64,000 nucleotides of DNA from Zygnema circumcarinatum SAG 698-1b (GCA_037447605.1 CM074815.1:1426001-1490000), one strand, 5' to 3'; counted from the stretch's first letter, positions 1 through 12,691 are shown. Notes: generated from the sequence alone by a model not told the origin. Made by a program: numbers and translations.

Positions 1-1656
1 CAGCAAGTCATCAATACGCGGTAACGCATACCGATTCTTGACAGTTATCTTGTTAAGTGCCCGATAGTCAATGCACATTCGCAAAGAACCATCTTTCTTC
101 CCCACAAAGAGGATTGGAGCACCGAAAGGACTCTGGCTGGGTTCAATCCAACCTTTGTCTCTCAAGTTTGAGAGTTGCTTACGCATCTCTTCGGTCTCCT
201 TGGGACTTAACCGATAAATCGGCCGCCACGGCGGCTTATGCCCAGGTTCCAAGGGAATAGTATGCCCGACACCTCGTGACGGAGGCAATCCCCGAGGTAA
301 GTCATCAGGAAAAATATCCCTGAATTCATCCAACAACGGTTGGATCCGAGATGGAACAGGTGACAACACATCCGTAGGTGTGACATGCCACTCTTGTTCC
401 TCGTCATGAACATCTTCCGTGGTATCCATGACTTGTACCAAAAACAAGGTACATCCTGCCTTAACAGCTTTAGCCAACTGCATGGCTGAACACTGAAAAG
501 GTGTATCAGACTGCTCAGCAGCATCTGAAGTCGTAATGCCTGGGCGCAGAGTTATTCGTCGTGCGCCACAACGCAAAACACAAGTGGGTATGGAAAAATC
601 CATCTGAGCCTTGACCATGGTTAACCACTGACTTCCCAGAATAACATCTAGGCCAGGCGCCAGATTAGTGACCAAACACCGAATCTGCCCTGAGTAAGTC
701 TGAATCTTCAGACGTGTGGTTATGGTGCCAAGGATTTGACCCTGTCTTCCATCACCAAAAGTCACGACTTCGGTGAGAGGGGAGACAGACAAGTCAACAA
801 GCTTAACAAGTACAGCACTAATGAAATTAGAATCAGCACCTGAATCAAGTAAAACTACTACAGATCTGCCGCCAATGAATCCTTGAAAGGTCATTGCACG
901 GTGTGCAAGGTGGAAGAGTGACCGCAATACATACGATGATGGAGAACATGAAGTCCGCCAGATCAAAGGGTACGGCGATCCAACCAGCAAACTGGTAGAA
1001 GTATCCACCCAATGTAGCATGGGATGGCCTTTTCGCCACATCTTGACCAACTTCCAGTTAGTATGGCTAAAAGTCCCAATAGAAGCATGCAAAGGCATCA
1101 ATACATGCAAACTTGAAACATGATTAGTGGTGCGCTGTAAACGTAAAGCAACAAATAGGCAATCAATAAGAGACACATTACCTGAAGGATTCAAAATCCA
1201 AACAGTCAATTGTTCTCCATTCATCACAACATTCATGAAAGAGTCAGGAGTCACGATTAAGGAAATCGAGAATGGAATCACATTCAGATGCTCAGGACAC
1301 AAAGTCACAAAGACATCATGGTCATCCGGCTGTCTGCCCATCACATTCAGAATGTCAAGAGGTTGTGGTACAAGCAAGCCTCTAGAACTGATAGCAGCAG
1401 CTGCAATCCTTAATCCATCTTCTCCACCCGCAGCGACTCCTACACTGCTGGTGGTGTGCCGTTTTCCGGCCCTTTTCCCTTCTTGTCCTTGATGCTTTGC
1501 GGACAGTCCTTCGCCATATGGCCAGACTGCCGGCATCGGAAACATCGTCCTTCCTTCTTCATCTTCTCCATTTCCTGTGGAGTAAGCTTCTGCACCTTCG
1601 CAGAAGGCTGTGGGGCAGAGGTTGCACTCGGCTTCCTCTTCTGCGGATTTGCCCCC
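1..1656 (-). CDS. pol: pol of copy A (aspartic protease + start of RT), partial
   Basis: Manual translation is stop-free from 1656 to the window edge (absent from the ORF track). Motifs [65 protein letters not shown]. Frame is -1 relative to gag. Confidence 0.93.
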
Positions 1657-2622
1657 TTAAGCTTTGGAAATGAAGGGAAGAGCTTCCGGTCTGCCTCTGG
1701 AGGTGGTGGACGTGAAGGCCCGGCGCTGCCGCCAGGAAAGGAATCAGCTTGCAAAGCCGCCGCATAGAAGAATTCTGCATCCACGGGCTCCCACGGTTGA
1801 GATGTACGTGGATTTAATCGCAATTCCTTCTTCAAATGCGGCTTCAGGCCCATCCAAAAGTGATAAAACACTGCTTCATCAGTAGGACGATGTGTCTTAA
1901 TGAGTGACACCGTCATACGCAGATCTCGCAGGAACTTCTTGGCACTACCAGTCTGTACCATACTGTGGTACCTTTGACGCGCTTCCATTCCAGGATCCAA
2001 GACCCCAAAATGACGCTCAAGTTCCTTGCGGAATTTCTCCCAATCACTTCCAATCTTAGTGGCTAAGCTCTCGTATACACGATAGGCATCGCCGCGAAGT
2101 GATGGATAGGAAAAATTCACCCACTCCTTCTGTGGGCAATTCGTGGCGTGAAGGTAACCCTTCACTTGGCCCAACCACTGTTCAATAGAACAGTCGGTTG
2201 CAGGGTGTTCTCCCCAAGGAGAAATGGGGGTAACCTTGGCCCTGTTACCAATCTTGAGGAGGGACCAAGGGGCCGGATCCTGTTCCAGGAAGTCCCCCAT
2301 CACCAGAGGGCGATCCCGAAGGGGATCCACCACCACTGGAAGGTGCGCCACCCCCGTTAGGATGACTCCCCCCTGTAGAAGAGGCAGGGGGTCCAGACGA
2401 CCGTCTGCTGCTTGAGGCAACAGGTTGGGTCGCAGTTCTCGTGGCAATTGATGGTGCTACCCCATCAGCTACCCCAGGAAGATCTTTCTCTGCCTCAACG
2501 GCTTCGGCCTGGGGAATGTTGGACGTACCTTTTGCTGCCGTCAAGTTCTTCATGGCGAGGGCCAAATCCCCTCGTAGGTCCGCACGAAGCTTGTCCATCT
2601 TCTTCTGAACGTTGCGCTCCAT
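1440..2622 (-). pseudogene. gag: gag of copy A, frameshifted near 2247
   Basis: ORF 1440-2447 has a capsid-like region and [14 protein letters not shown] knuckle. The N-terminus MERNVQKK... is in another frame; copy B joins both halves in frame (QDWSSRNRAKVTP) and A lacks 8 nt there. Confidence 0.85.
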
Positions 2623-2653
2623 CGAACAAACAATCTTGGAAAGAGAAACACAG

Positions 2654-2665
2654 GCTCTGATACCA
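2654..2665 (-). promoter_or_regulatory. Primer binding site (tRNA-iMet type) of copy A
   Basis: TGGTATCAGAGC on minus, 3 nt after the LTR end. Confidence 0.92.
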
Positions 2666-2668
2666 AAA

Positions 2669-3172
2669 TGTAACAAGCCTTGAGCACAACACCCAAAGCC
2701 TGCTAGAGACTAAGTCACTTAAACGTAATGCTGGTTTATGGAACGATTGCAAGTGCCCCCTTCCAAGGACCCCCTCTTGCATTCATCCACGCCCTTATAT
2801 CACACGCTCCCCGTCGAACCCTTTACCAAGCGTAAGGGACGGGAGCAGGGCCCCAGCATAATGTGATACTTCGTAGCCAATCGAAAGCAGTCCAATACCA
2901 GTTGTATGAGAGGCGGTCACGGTCACCAGCATTCCCAGTGTGTGACCGTGACACGTCACTCCGTATAGCGACCGGCGGTCGTGGTCGCGTTCCGATCTCG
3001 AACGCGACGCGCGACGCCGCAGAATCGCCGTCAGTCCGTACCGCCCGTACGGGTGGTACGGATCCGTACGGCTACACCGTACGACTGTACGGGCGGCTTG
3101 TACGGCCAAACCGTACGGAGATCCTCAGGATGCCGGCGGCACCGTGGTGTCTGTAGCGTTCCGTTCGCTACA
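2669..3172 (-). repeat. 5' LTR of gypsy A (~504 bp)
   Basis: Homologous to LTRs at 4408-4889 and 10337-10829; TG...CA termini. Confidence 0.93.
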
Positions 3173-4407
3173 CCATCTATTGGAAGAGGTGGCCCGGGGG
3201 AGAGTGCAATGGCTGTTGCATTCACGGCGGAATCAATTCAAGGGAATTGATGTGCAAGCGGCAAGGTATGCCTAGTTAGTTGTTGCTAAGCTTAGGGTGC
3301 CATGTTAGTATAGCTTGCAAGGAACTTACGTACCAAGAGGGGGATTGTTGATGTATAGGTACATCAAGGTGTTGGTACTTAGTTCCTCGCATGAATGTTG
3401 TCCGGGAGATCATGTGTTGATGTAGGGACAATGTCATGCATGAATGGTCATGTTTGGTATAGGACCAAACATGGGGGGATGCAAGTGTTGGGGCAATGCG
3501 GCAGGAGTCTAGGGAAGGTCTAGAGATGCGTGGGTTTTTGCGGCTTAGGCTTGGAGCCGTACCAAAGGGGAGTGCGCTGGATGCGCGTGTGGTGGTTTGG
3601 AGCGCGACTGTACGGATGGCGCGCGACTGTACTGTTTGACGCGGAAATGTTGGACGCAGAGGTCTTTACAGCCTTGAAGAAGCGGATCTGCACTAGCGAC
3701 ATGATTGAATTGGCGCCAGAGTGCAGATCGCGGCGCAATCTCCCTTCGCGGGACATTTGCATGATTAGGTATGTACTGGCACGGATTTTTGGTCGTGCCG
3801 AGGCACACGCATCGGGAGTCGGCGACGGGCACGGCGCGCAGGATTCGAAAGTGATGTAGGCAGCGCCGTAATGCTCCGCTAGCGGAATCGAGTGAGGAGT
3901 AGCGCCGCGACGCCAGCGTTCTGCGTGGAGGACAGTGGCGTAATCGGAAGGCGCCACTGTCGACATTCGGGTGGTGCCTGTAGGGCTCAGGGTCGGTGGC
4001 CACCATAGCTTCACGGGTCCCGCCATGCCTGAGTTAGTGGTGAGCCCGACTTACCTGGCAGACGAGGATCAAGATGAGGCTGAGTTGGATCCGACGGGCT
4101 GAGGAGCTGGATCCGTGTGAGCCAAGGAGGATCCGACGGAGCACGATTGAGATCAGGATAGGGCCCTTGCAAGGCGCTGCATGGGTGGCCGTGACATGAC
4201 GGCGTCACGTGACAATGGCCGCCATAGTATATGAGGGAGCAAGCTTGGCTCCCTACTTACTCGCTCATACTCACTCGGAACGTTATGCTGCTCAACCTTC
4301 GTGTTAGGAAGAGTAGGCAGAGGCTGAGGCCTTGAGGAGTCCGGCCTTGTGTAGGGGGTCGTGAAAGAACTGTCTCTCATCATGGTTAACTCTAGTGAAA
4401 GAGTTAG
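3173..4407 (+). mobile_element. Remnant of a second copia-like family (3' internal end, PPT, LTR), continuing at 10835 to about 11070 after gypsy B
   Basis: AAGAGGGGGA PPT (3335-3344) followed by TGTTG at 3346; shares motifs GGATCCGTGTG, GGATAGGGCCCT and TTAAGGAGTTTTAG with the copia C LTR. LTR 3' end not firmly placed. Confidence 0.55.
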
Positions 4408-7400
4408 TGTAGCGAACTGAACGCTACAGACACCACGGTGCCGCCGGCATCCTGAGGATCTCCGTACGGTTCGGCCGTACAAGCCGTCCGTACAGTCGTA
4501 CGGCCCCAGCTGTACGGGTCCGACGACCCGTACGGATGCGCGACGACGGCGACTCTGCGCGTCGCGCGTTGCGTTCGAGATCGGAACGCGACCACGACCG
4601 CCGGTCACTACACGGAGTCACGTGTCACGGCTCACATTGCATGGCTGTGACGATTGCCTCTCAGACAACTGGCATTGGACCAGCCATTGCCACGTGGCAC
4701 AGCGCCATTGGCTAGCCCTGTCTTTGGTCCCTTACGTGGAGCATTCTACCTGGAGCGGCATAAGGGGCGTGGATGAATGCAAGAGGGGGTCCCTTGAAAG
4801 GGGACTGCAATTGTTTTCCAGAAACCACATTACATTTAAGTGACTTAGTCTCTAGCAGGCTTTGGGTGTTGTGCTCAAGGCTTGTTACATTTTGGTATCA
4901 GAGCCTGTGTTTCTCTTTCCAAGATTGTTTGTTCGATGGAGCGCAACGTTCAGAAGAAGATGGACAAGCTTCGTGCGGACCTACGAGGGGATTTGACCCC
5001 TCGCCACTAAGAACTTGACGGAGGCAAGGGACGCTCACATTCCCTAGGCTGAGCGCCCAGGCAGCAGAAAGACCCTCCTGGGGTAGCTGATGGGTAGCAC
5101 CATCAAATGCCACGGAAGGCTGCGATCAACTGTTGCTCTACAGGGAATACCTGCCGCCCGGATCCGCCTTCTCACAGGGGGAGTCATCCCTGAACGGGGT
5201 GGCGCACCTTCCAGTGGTGGTGGATCCCCTTCGGGATCGCCCTCTGGTGATGGGGGACTTCCTGGAACAGGATCCGGCCCTTTGGTCCCTCCTCAAGATT
5301 GGTCTTCGAGGAACAGGGCCAAGGTAACCCCCATTTCTCCTTGGGGAGAACACCCTGCAACTGACTGTTCTATTGAACAGTGGCCCGGGGCCAAGTGAAG
5401 GGTTACCTTCACGCCATGGAATTGCCCACAGCAGGGGCAGTGGGTGAATTTCTCATATCATTGCGGATGCCTATCAGATACGAGAGCCTGTAGCCACTAA
5501 GATCGGAGTGCACTGGTGGTTGGAAGGAGTGAGCGTCATTTTGGGGTTTTGGATCCTGAATGGAAGTTGTCAAGGTACCACATAGTGGTAGATAACTTGT
5601 AGTGCCAAGGGATTTTGCCAGATCTGCGCATGACGGTGTCAACTTAGAGATAAAGAGTATATTCGTCCTGTACTGATGAATAGCGTTTTTATCACTTCTT
5701 GGACTGGCCTGAAAGCCGCATTTGAAGAAGGAATTGCGATGAAATCCATGACATCTCAACCGCGGGAGCCCGTGGATGGCAGAATTCTTTTAATGCGGTG
5801 GCTCTGCAGGCCATTCCTTTCCTGGCTAGATGCGGGCACTTTCACGTCCCACCACCTCCAGGAGACGGGAGCTCTCCTCCTTTCACTCCCAAGCTTCAGA
5901 GGTCCGCAAAAGAGGAAGCTGAGCCTCTACCTCTGCCTGCAACACTTGTCCTTTGAAGGTGCAGAAGCTCACTCATAGGAAATGGGGAGAAGATGAAGAA
6001 GGAAGGACGATGTTTCCGATGCCGGCAGTCTGGCCATTTGGAGAAGGACTGTCCGCAAAGCATCAAGGACAAGAAGGGAAAAGGGCCGGAAAACGGCACA
6101 CCACCAGCAGTGTAAGAGTCGCGGCGGGGGGAGAAGATGGATTAAGGGATCTGGAGTTGCCGGTTGGTCCAGCCCAGGCTGCTGCACCAGGTAACCCTCG
6201 AGACTCTGAGTTGATGGGGAGAGAGCCGGATGACTCATGTATGTATTTGTGACTTTGTGTCTGGCATCTAAATGTGATTCCATTCTCATCTCCTAATCGT
6301 GATTTCTTGACTCTTTCATGAATGTTGTGATGAATGGAGAACAAATTGATGTCCATTCAATCCTTCATGTAATGTGTCCTTAATCCATTTACATTTACTT
6401 TACGGTTAACGCAGCTCACTAATCATGTTTCAAGTTTGCATGTATTGATGCCTTTACATGCTTCGATTGGGACTTTTAGCCATACTAACTGGAAGTTGGT
6501 CAAGATCTGGCGAAAAGGACATCCCATGCTACATTGGGTGGATACTTCTACCAGTTTGCTGGTTGGATCGCCGTACCCTTTGATCTGGCGGACTTCATGT
6601 TCTCCATCATCGTATGTATTGCGGTCACTCTTCCACCTTGCACACCGTGCAATGACCTTTCAAGGATTCATTGGCGGCAGATCTGTAGTAGTTTTACTTG
6701 ATTCAGGTGCTGATTCTAATTTCATTAGCTGTTGCACTTGTTAAGCTTGTTGACTTGTTTGTTCTCCCCCTTTATTGAAGTCGTGACTTTTGGTGGATGA
6801 AGAGAGGGCTACCCTTGGCACCATAATTATACGTTGAAGATTCAGAACTTATCGAGGCAGATTTGGTGTTTCGTCACCACCCGGGTCTGCCCTTGCTGAG
6901 ATGTTATCTGGAAGTCAGCGGTTAACCATGGTCAAGGCTCATGATTTTTCCATACCACTCGCGTTTTGCGTTGCGGTTGCATCAATTGAGTAACTTGCGA
7001 CCCAGGCATCGAATGATTCCAAGACGTGGCATCTGATACACCTTTTCAGTGTTCAGCCACGAATCGCCGCAAGCTGCCAGGAACGCGCATCGCTTTGGTA
7101 CAAGTCATGGATACCATGCAGGTTATCATGTTGAGGAACAAGAGTGGCATGTCACATGCACGATGCGTTGTCACCTGTTCATTCCAAAATTCGATGCTGT
7201 CTGATGAATTCAGGATATTTTCCCTGACGACTTACCTTGGGATTTGTCTGCCACGAGGTGTCGGGCATACGATTCCTTGGAACCTTGATAAAAGCCGCCG
7301 TGCGCCGATCATTGGTTAAATCCTAAGCACCGAAGATACGGCAACAGCCACTCTCACAGATAAAGGATGGGATTGAACCCAGCCAAGCTCCTTTCGGTGT

Positions 7401-10400
7401 CTCAACTCTTTGTGGGGAAGAAAGATGGTCTTCGCGCATGTGTTGCTCACTATCGGTACTTAAGAGTACAAAGCTCTGCCGAGGTTCGATGCGTTACGTG
7501 CATCGATGACTTGCTGACAGATTGCAAGGTGCTCGAGTATTCACATCACTCGATCTTGCACAAGGTTATCATCAGATTCGTGTGACGGATGCTGATGTAC
7601 CTAAGACGGCGTTTCGTACGCCTATCGGTCATTTCCAGTATAAGGTTTTACCTTCTGGAATCACTGGAATGTTCAATAACCTTCTAGCTTGCCACTATCG
7701 GGAACGTTCATTGGCATGGATGACTTGCGTTTCGGTGCTTTTATGATATCCTCGCCTTTATAACACAGCTAGGACCATCTTCAACATTGCGAGAAAGGTG
7801 TTTGAAGTTTTGAGGGAGCATCATTTTTATGCCAAGTGGAAGAGAGCGTCACTTCACGGCAGCGAGCTGCCCTCATTGGCAGATTAATGATCAGGGCATC
7901 TTGATTGGTATTGGCTAAGGCGGTCGTTGGCTCAGACATGGGAGTACTTGGCCATTCACATCAAATTGGCCTTCTTCATTGCGAATTATTTTTGTAAATT
8001 TATTCAAGGGTTTAGCAAACTTGTTACTCCTCTGCACAAGCACTGGGTGTATGTGGTTGGTGTCACCTACATCCTGATTGCCTGAACGTTGGGTAAGGGC
8101 CTTTGAGGGTGTCAACAGACCTTGTCAGTGGGATTACATTGGTGTTGGCAGTAAGTTGCTAAACCATATGAGGTGGTTTGTATGCGTTGGATTTGTCGGG
8201 AGCCGTCCTATTTCAGCATGGTCACCTCTGTGGACGTAAGGCCGAAGACCATTAAATTCTACGCAATTAATTTAACCGAGCAAGAGCTCTCTAGCAATCC
8301 ATGCCTTGAGGACATGGCGGGGTCATTTAGAGGGGATAAAGCCGCTCACCGCTGTCACGGCATCATCGCCGTCGACATTTCTTTCCTCTCAACAGACATT
8401 GACTAGGCGGCAGGCACGCTGGTCCGAGTTCCTTCAACGATTTGACTGTCAGTGGGTCTATCGACCAGGGAGGTTGAATGTGGCGGACCCATTGAGCAGG
8501 CAGTCGCGACATCTAGCCTGGATGGTGCATTCGTCGACTCGGGTGATGGAGGAACGAAGCGGTCGAGATGAAGGGCCGGCCAACCCTGATTTTCCCTTTC
8601 CGGTATGCCTAGCCATAAACCACCGCACCAGTAGGACAGTCGACCCTCCTGCTCTCTCTGATCTCAGACGGATGATTCAAGAGGGCTATACTGGTGATCC
8701 CTTGTTCTTGGATGGCCAAGGTAGTGGCTATAAGGACAAAGTGGTGCTCTCAACAGATGGGTTTTGCATTCACCTGACGCAATCGTTGTGTCCCCAGACC
8801 GGATATCGCCACGTCAACTCATTCTGAGTGAATTATCCGCCGGATAGAGGTCATATAATGGCGAGATGAGACTGCTCGTGAGTTCTGGTGGCCGGGGCTC
8901 ACGAGGGATGTGAAGGCGTATGTACTCGCCTGTCCCACTTGTCAACGTGATAAGGCACGCACTGGCAGGATTCCTGGCCAGCTGCAACCCTTGACACCTC
9001 CTTTTCGGAAATGGGAGAGTGTTGGCATGGATTTGATCACTGATCTACCTGTCACACCACGGGGTTTTGACTCCATCTTAGTGTTCGTCGATAGGCTCAG
9101 CAAGATGGTGCATTTTGCACCAACTACTAAGACAGCTGGGGCCGATGAGATGGCACGGATATATGTTGACAAAGTATGGAGTTTGCATGGGCTTCAATCA
9201 GAGATTATTTCTGATCGAGATCCCAGATTCACTGGACATTTCTGGAAAGAAGTGCTACGAATCGTGGGTACCAAGCAGGCTATGAGTACAGCCTTCCACC
9301 CGCAAACTGACGGCCAGACGGAGCGGGTGAACCGAATCCTGGAAGATTATCTTCGGCATTATGTGGGACCTACACCGGATGTGTGGGATTAGTTGCTCCC
9401 GGTGGCTGAATATGCCATTAATAATGCGTACCAGGAATCTATCGGTACTACTCCATTTCTTTTTGAATTTTGGTCAGCATCCTCTAAATCCCCTGCAGCC
9501 GAAGGATCAATCCCCTTCTGAGTGGCACATGGGTGTCCACCGAAATCCCGATCCTTGGTGTACGAGAGGAGCTGGTGGGACTCAACCTCCTGCCGTTACT
9601 TCTTTTGTCCGATTGATGTCTGAGTCCTTGCAGCGGGCGCGGCAGACCCTGCAAGCGGCCAACTCCCGACAGAAGTCGTATGCTGATCGCAAGCGGACTC
9701 CACTTACCTTTATTGAGGGAGATGAAGTTTTGTTGAGTACCGCTCATCTTAAACTCAAAGCTTATGGCGGCACCCGTAAGCTGTGGCCACGTTATGTGGG
9801 GCCTTTTAAAGTCGTGAAGCGCATTGGAGAAGTGGCTTACAGTACCGTATCACCAGCCCATATGAAGTGGTATCTGGTTTTTCATGTGAGCTCGCCAAAG
9901 GCTTATGAACACCATGGGGATCCAACCACCTCCTACACCATTGGAGATTGAAGGCGATCTAGAGAATGAGGTAGAAGCCATTCAAACCCACCGAACAGTG
10001 CGAAAGGGTCGCAGATCCCATCACGAGTATCTCGTGAAATGGTTGGGCTATGGGGTTGAACATAGTACTTGGGAGAAAGAAGGCAACTTGACCAATTGCC
10101 AGGAGCTCCTTGCTTTGTATTGGGCGGCGCGGGCCGCCGGAGCGCGGGCGAGGGCTGAACGGGGGGTTCCTGGGCAGTCTTCGCGCAACTCGGACGGGGA
10201 CTTGACCGGGATTATCGCTGAGCCCTCCCGTACGTCATGCAGAGTTCGACGCGTGTCGTCAAAACTGCGAGCTACTTTGACTTGATTTACCCTCGTGAAC
10301 GAGGACGTTCACACTTCGCATTGGGGGGGGGAGTAATGTAGCGAACTGAACGTTAACAGACATTACGGTGCTGCTGCATCTTAGCAATTCCGACGGTTTG

Positions 10401-10829
10401 CTGTACAAGCTGTCTGCGAAGAACTTGTGCGTCAGCTGTACGGGTCCGTACTACCGGTACGGGACGGTACGGACTGACGGCGACTCTGCGGCGTTGGCGC
10501 GTCGCGTTCGAGATCGAACGTATGACCATTGGTCGCTATACAGGTAGTTTATGGTTACACATTGGGAATGCTGGTGACCGCTGACCGGCCTCTCATACAA
10601 CTGGCATTGGACCAGCCGATTGGCCACGTGGCATAGCGCCATTGGCTAGCCCTGCTCCCGGTCCCTTACGCTGGTAAAGGGTTCGACGGGGGGAGCGTAT
10701 AAGGGGCGTGGGATGAATGCAAGAGGGGGTCCTTGAAGGGGGCACTTGCAATCGTTCCAGAAACCAGCATTACATTTAAGTGACTTAGTCTCTAGCAGGC
10801 TTTGGGTGTTGTGCTCAAGGCTTGTTACA
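4408..10829 (+). mobile_element. Full-length Ty3/gypsy chromovirus copy B (family 1); reading frames broken
   Basis: LTRs 4408-4889 and 10337-10829, PBS TGGTATCAGAGC 4893-4904, PPT 10323-10333, TSD GTTAG (4403-4407 / 10830-10834); gag, DSGA protease, RT, RNase H, integrase (WESVGMDLI, FHPQTDGQTERVN) and chromodomain fragments. Confidence 0.95.
8910..10285 (+). pseudogene. Integrase, GPY/F region and chromodomain of copy B (frameshifted)
   Basis: ORFs 8910-9392, 9361-9951, 9905-10285: CPTCQ, RKLWPRYVGPF, EYLVKWLGYGVEHSTWE. Confidence 0.9.
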
Positions 10830-11339
10830 GTTAGAGATGTGTCCCTCTCGTGTTGAGGTAGAGGAGAAGTTCCAGCAAGCATATAGTGCTTAGCTACTGC
10901 AGTTGGGGTGTAAGCTGCCTATCAGTGGATAGAATAGTGCTCATGAGAGGAGGAGAATCGGGCATAAGGTTATATGTAGATTTCCTAAGAGAGCTTGTAT
11001 TACACCTTTGAATGTTAAGGAGTTTTAGGCCGTAGGGCTTTCCCTATACTTGTGTCATCTGGCCACATGTGAGTCCTTGTGTTGATTGGAGGATGAAATG
11101 GGTGGAGGCGAACATTGTATGGGCGGTGTGTCGTGATCACACGCGGAGACCATTGGAGGAGCTACTAAAGGAGCCGAGACTCATGGAGGAGATGAAGAAG
11201 TGTTCTTGTAGGTGGCGCGTTTTGTTTTCCGCTGTGCGCACCTGGTGAGGGGAGGAAGAGAAGGCATACTGTGGCGGATGCGGTATGTGGCCTAAGTAGA
11301 TGTGGAAGAAGTTTTGGAGTGTTCACTCAAGCATGTTTT

Positions 11340-12373
11340 TGTTGGTGGAGGGACTCCTCCACTGCTGCCGGCTTCTCCACTCGCATCACCTTCCATCGGA
11401 GTTCGCGTTCCAATCGATGATGACATTTCCCAAACTCTCACATTCACTCATAGCCCATTTTACTCACAGAGTGAACCTCTCAGAATATGCACAGCGGAAT
11501 AACAGAGAGAAAAGGATAGGAGAAAGCTCTCGGCTCTAAAACTCCTTAATAATGATCTTAACACCACAATTGAGAGACCCCCTCTCAACTAGCCCAATAA
11601 ACTCAAAAGCCCACTACCTCGCAGCACAAGCAAGTGTAGTGTTACAACACGCAGCAACAGCTTCCTCAGAGTCTACAATAGCTACGCCAGGATCCAGAAG
11701 TTAAAGATTACTACCAACCAAACAAAACAACACACTATATAATTTTATGTCACAACATCCGCGTGGACACTACAATACAACGGCTCACAACATCGGCTAA
11801 GGCCCGCAGGGCCCTATCCCCGACCCCCTCATCCTGGCACACTGTGATCCCCTGCCTGGGCCACACGGATCCCGTGACAAGCCTCTCCGCTGGCCAGGAT
11901 CCTCAATTCTCTAAGCTAATCCACTTCTTGGCGCCAGAGGATCTGACCTCAGCCCAAGATTGATGACGCCATTAAACTCCGCTGCCGCACGCCACCGGCT
12001 ATCTGACGCCCGCATATGATGAATCGCGCGACCTATTATTTTGCAGTGGACGCCGTGACGCTGGGCCAAGTCCGACCGCTCAATCCAGGCAGCGCCAGCG
12101 CTGCCACACTTCGACTCGCTACAAGTAGGATTCAAGGCTGCCACAAGGCTGGGCCGGGGCCATTATTTCACTGGCTCAAAGGCCGTCTCATACACGTCAT
12201 TTCTGATCTGTCGCTGGCCGCTGCTTCTGTCACTTCCCCGGGACTGGCCGCCACGCCTCTTCCACCCACCGTCCGGCATCACTTACTAACTTAGCGACCG
12301 CCAAAGGAAACACACAACACAAACACACAAAACTAATGTTCCAACAAAACATGCTAACTATCATACACTAACA
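11340..12373 (-). repeat. 3' LTR of copia C (~1.03 kb)
   Basis: Homologous to 16084-17060 and 22655-23636. Confidence 0.9.
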
Positions 12374-12691
12374 AACCCCCTCTTTGGAACTTTTAGTTTT
12401 GCGCGGGCCCCAGCCCGATCAACCTCCCGTTGACTAATAGTGTTTCCCCACTAACTCCCTTTGTTAGTAAGCATATCTCAAGGCCTGCCCTTGGTGCCCA
12501 ATTTAACTTCACCTTGGAACAAGCCCTCCTCGAAAGTACCTCCCGGGAACTCCCCTGCACATAATGGTACTTCGCACCCTAATGTGCTTGGTCCTCTTGT
12601 GGAAATACTGTGGTTTCCCTAGAATTGTAAGTAATCGACGCATTGATTGTCGGTAAAACAAGGTAACGTCGTTATCCCCTTGCATTTCCTT

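Larger units (their letters stand above)
1..3172 (-). mobile_element. Ty3/gypsy LTR retrotransposon copy A (family 1), 5' part; runs off the left edge
   Basis: 5' LTR 2669-3172 (TGTAGC...GTTACA on minus), PBS, gag with CCHC knuckle, then protease and RT motifs in gypsy order. Confidence 0.95.

Noticed and set aside
2900-3140. ORFs and CGTACG-rich mini-palindromes inside family-1 LTRs as a separate system
   Set aside because: ORFs are GC-rich LTR noise; the palindromes are part of U3 and are covered by the LTR call.
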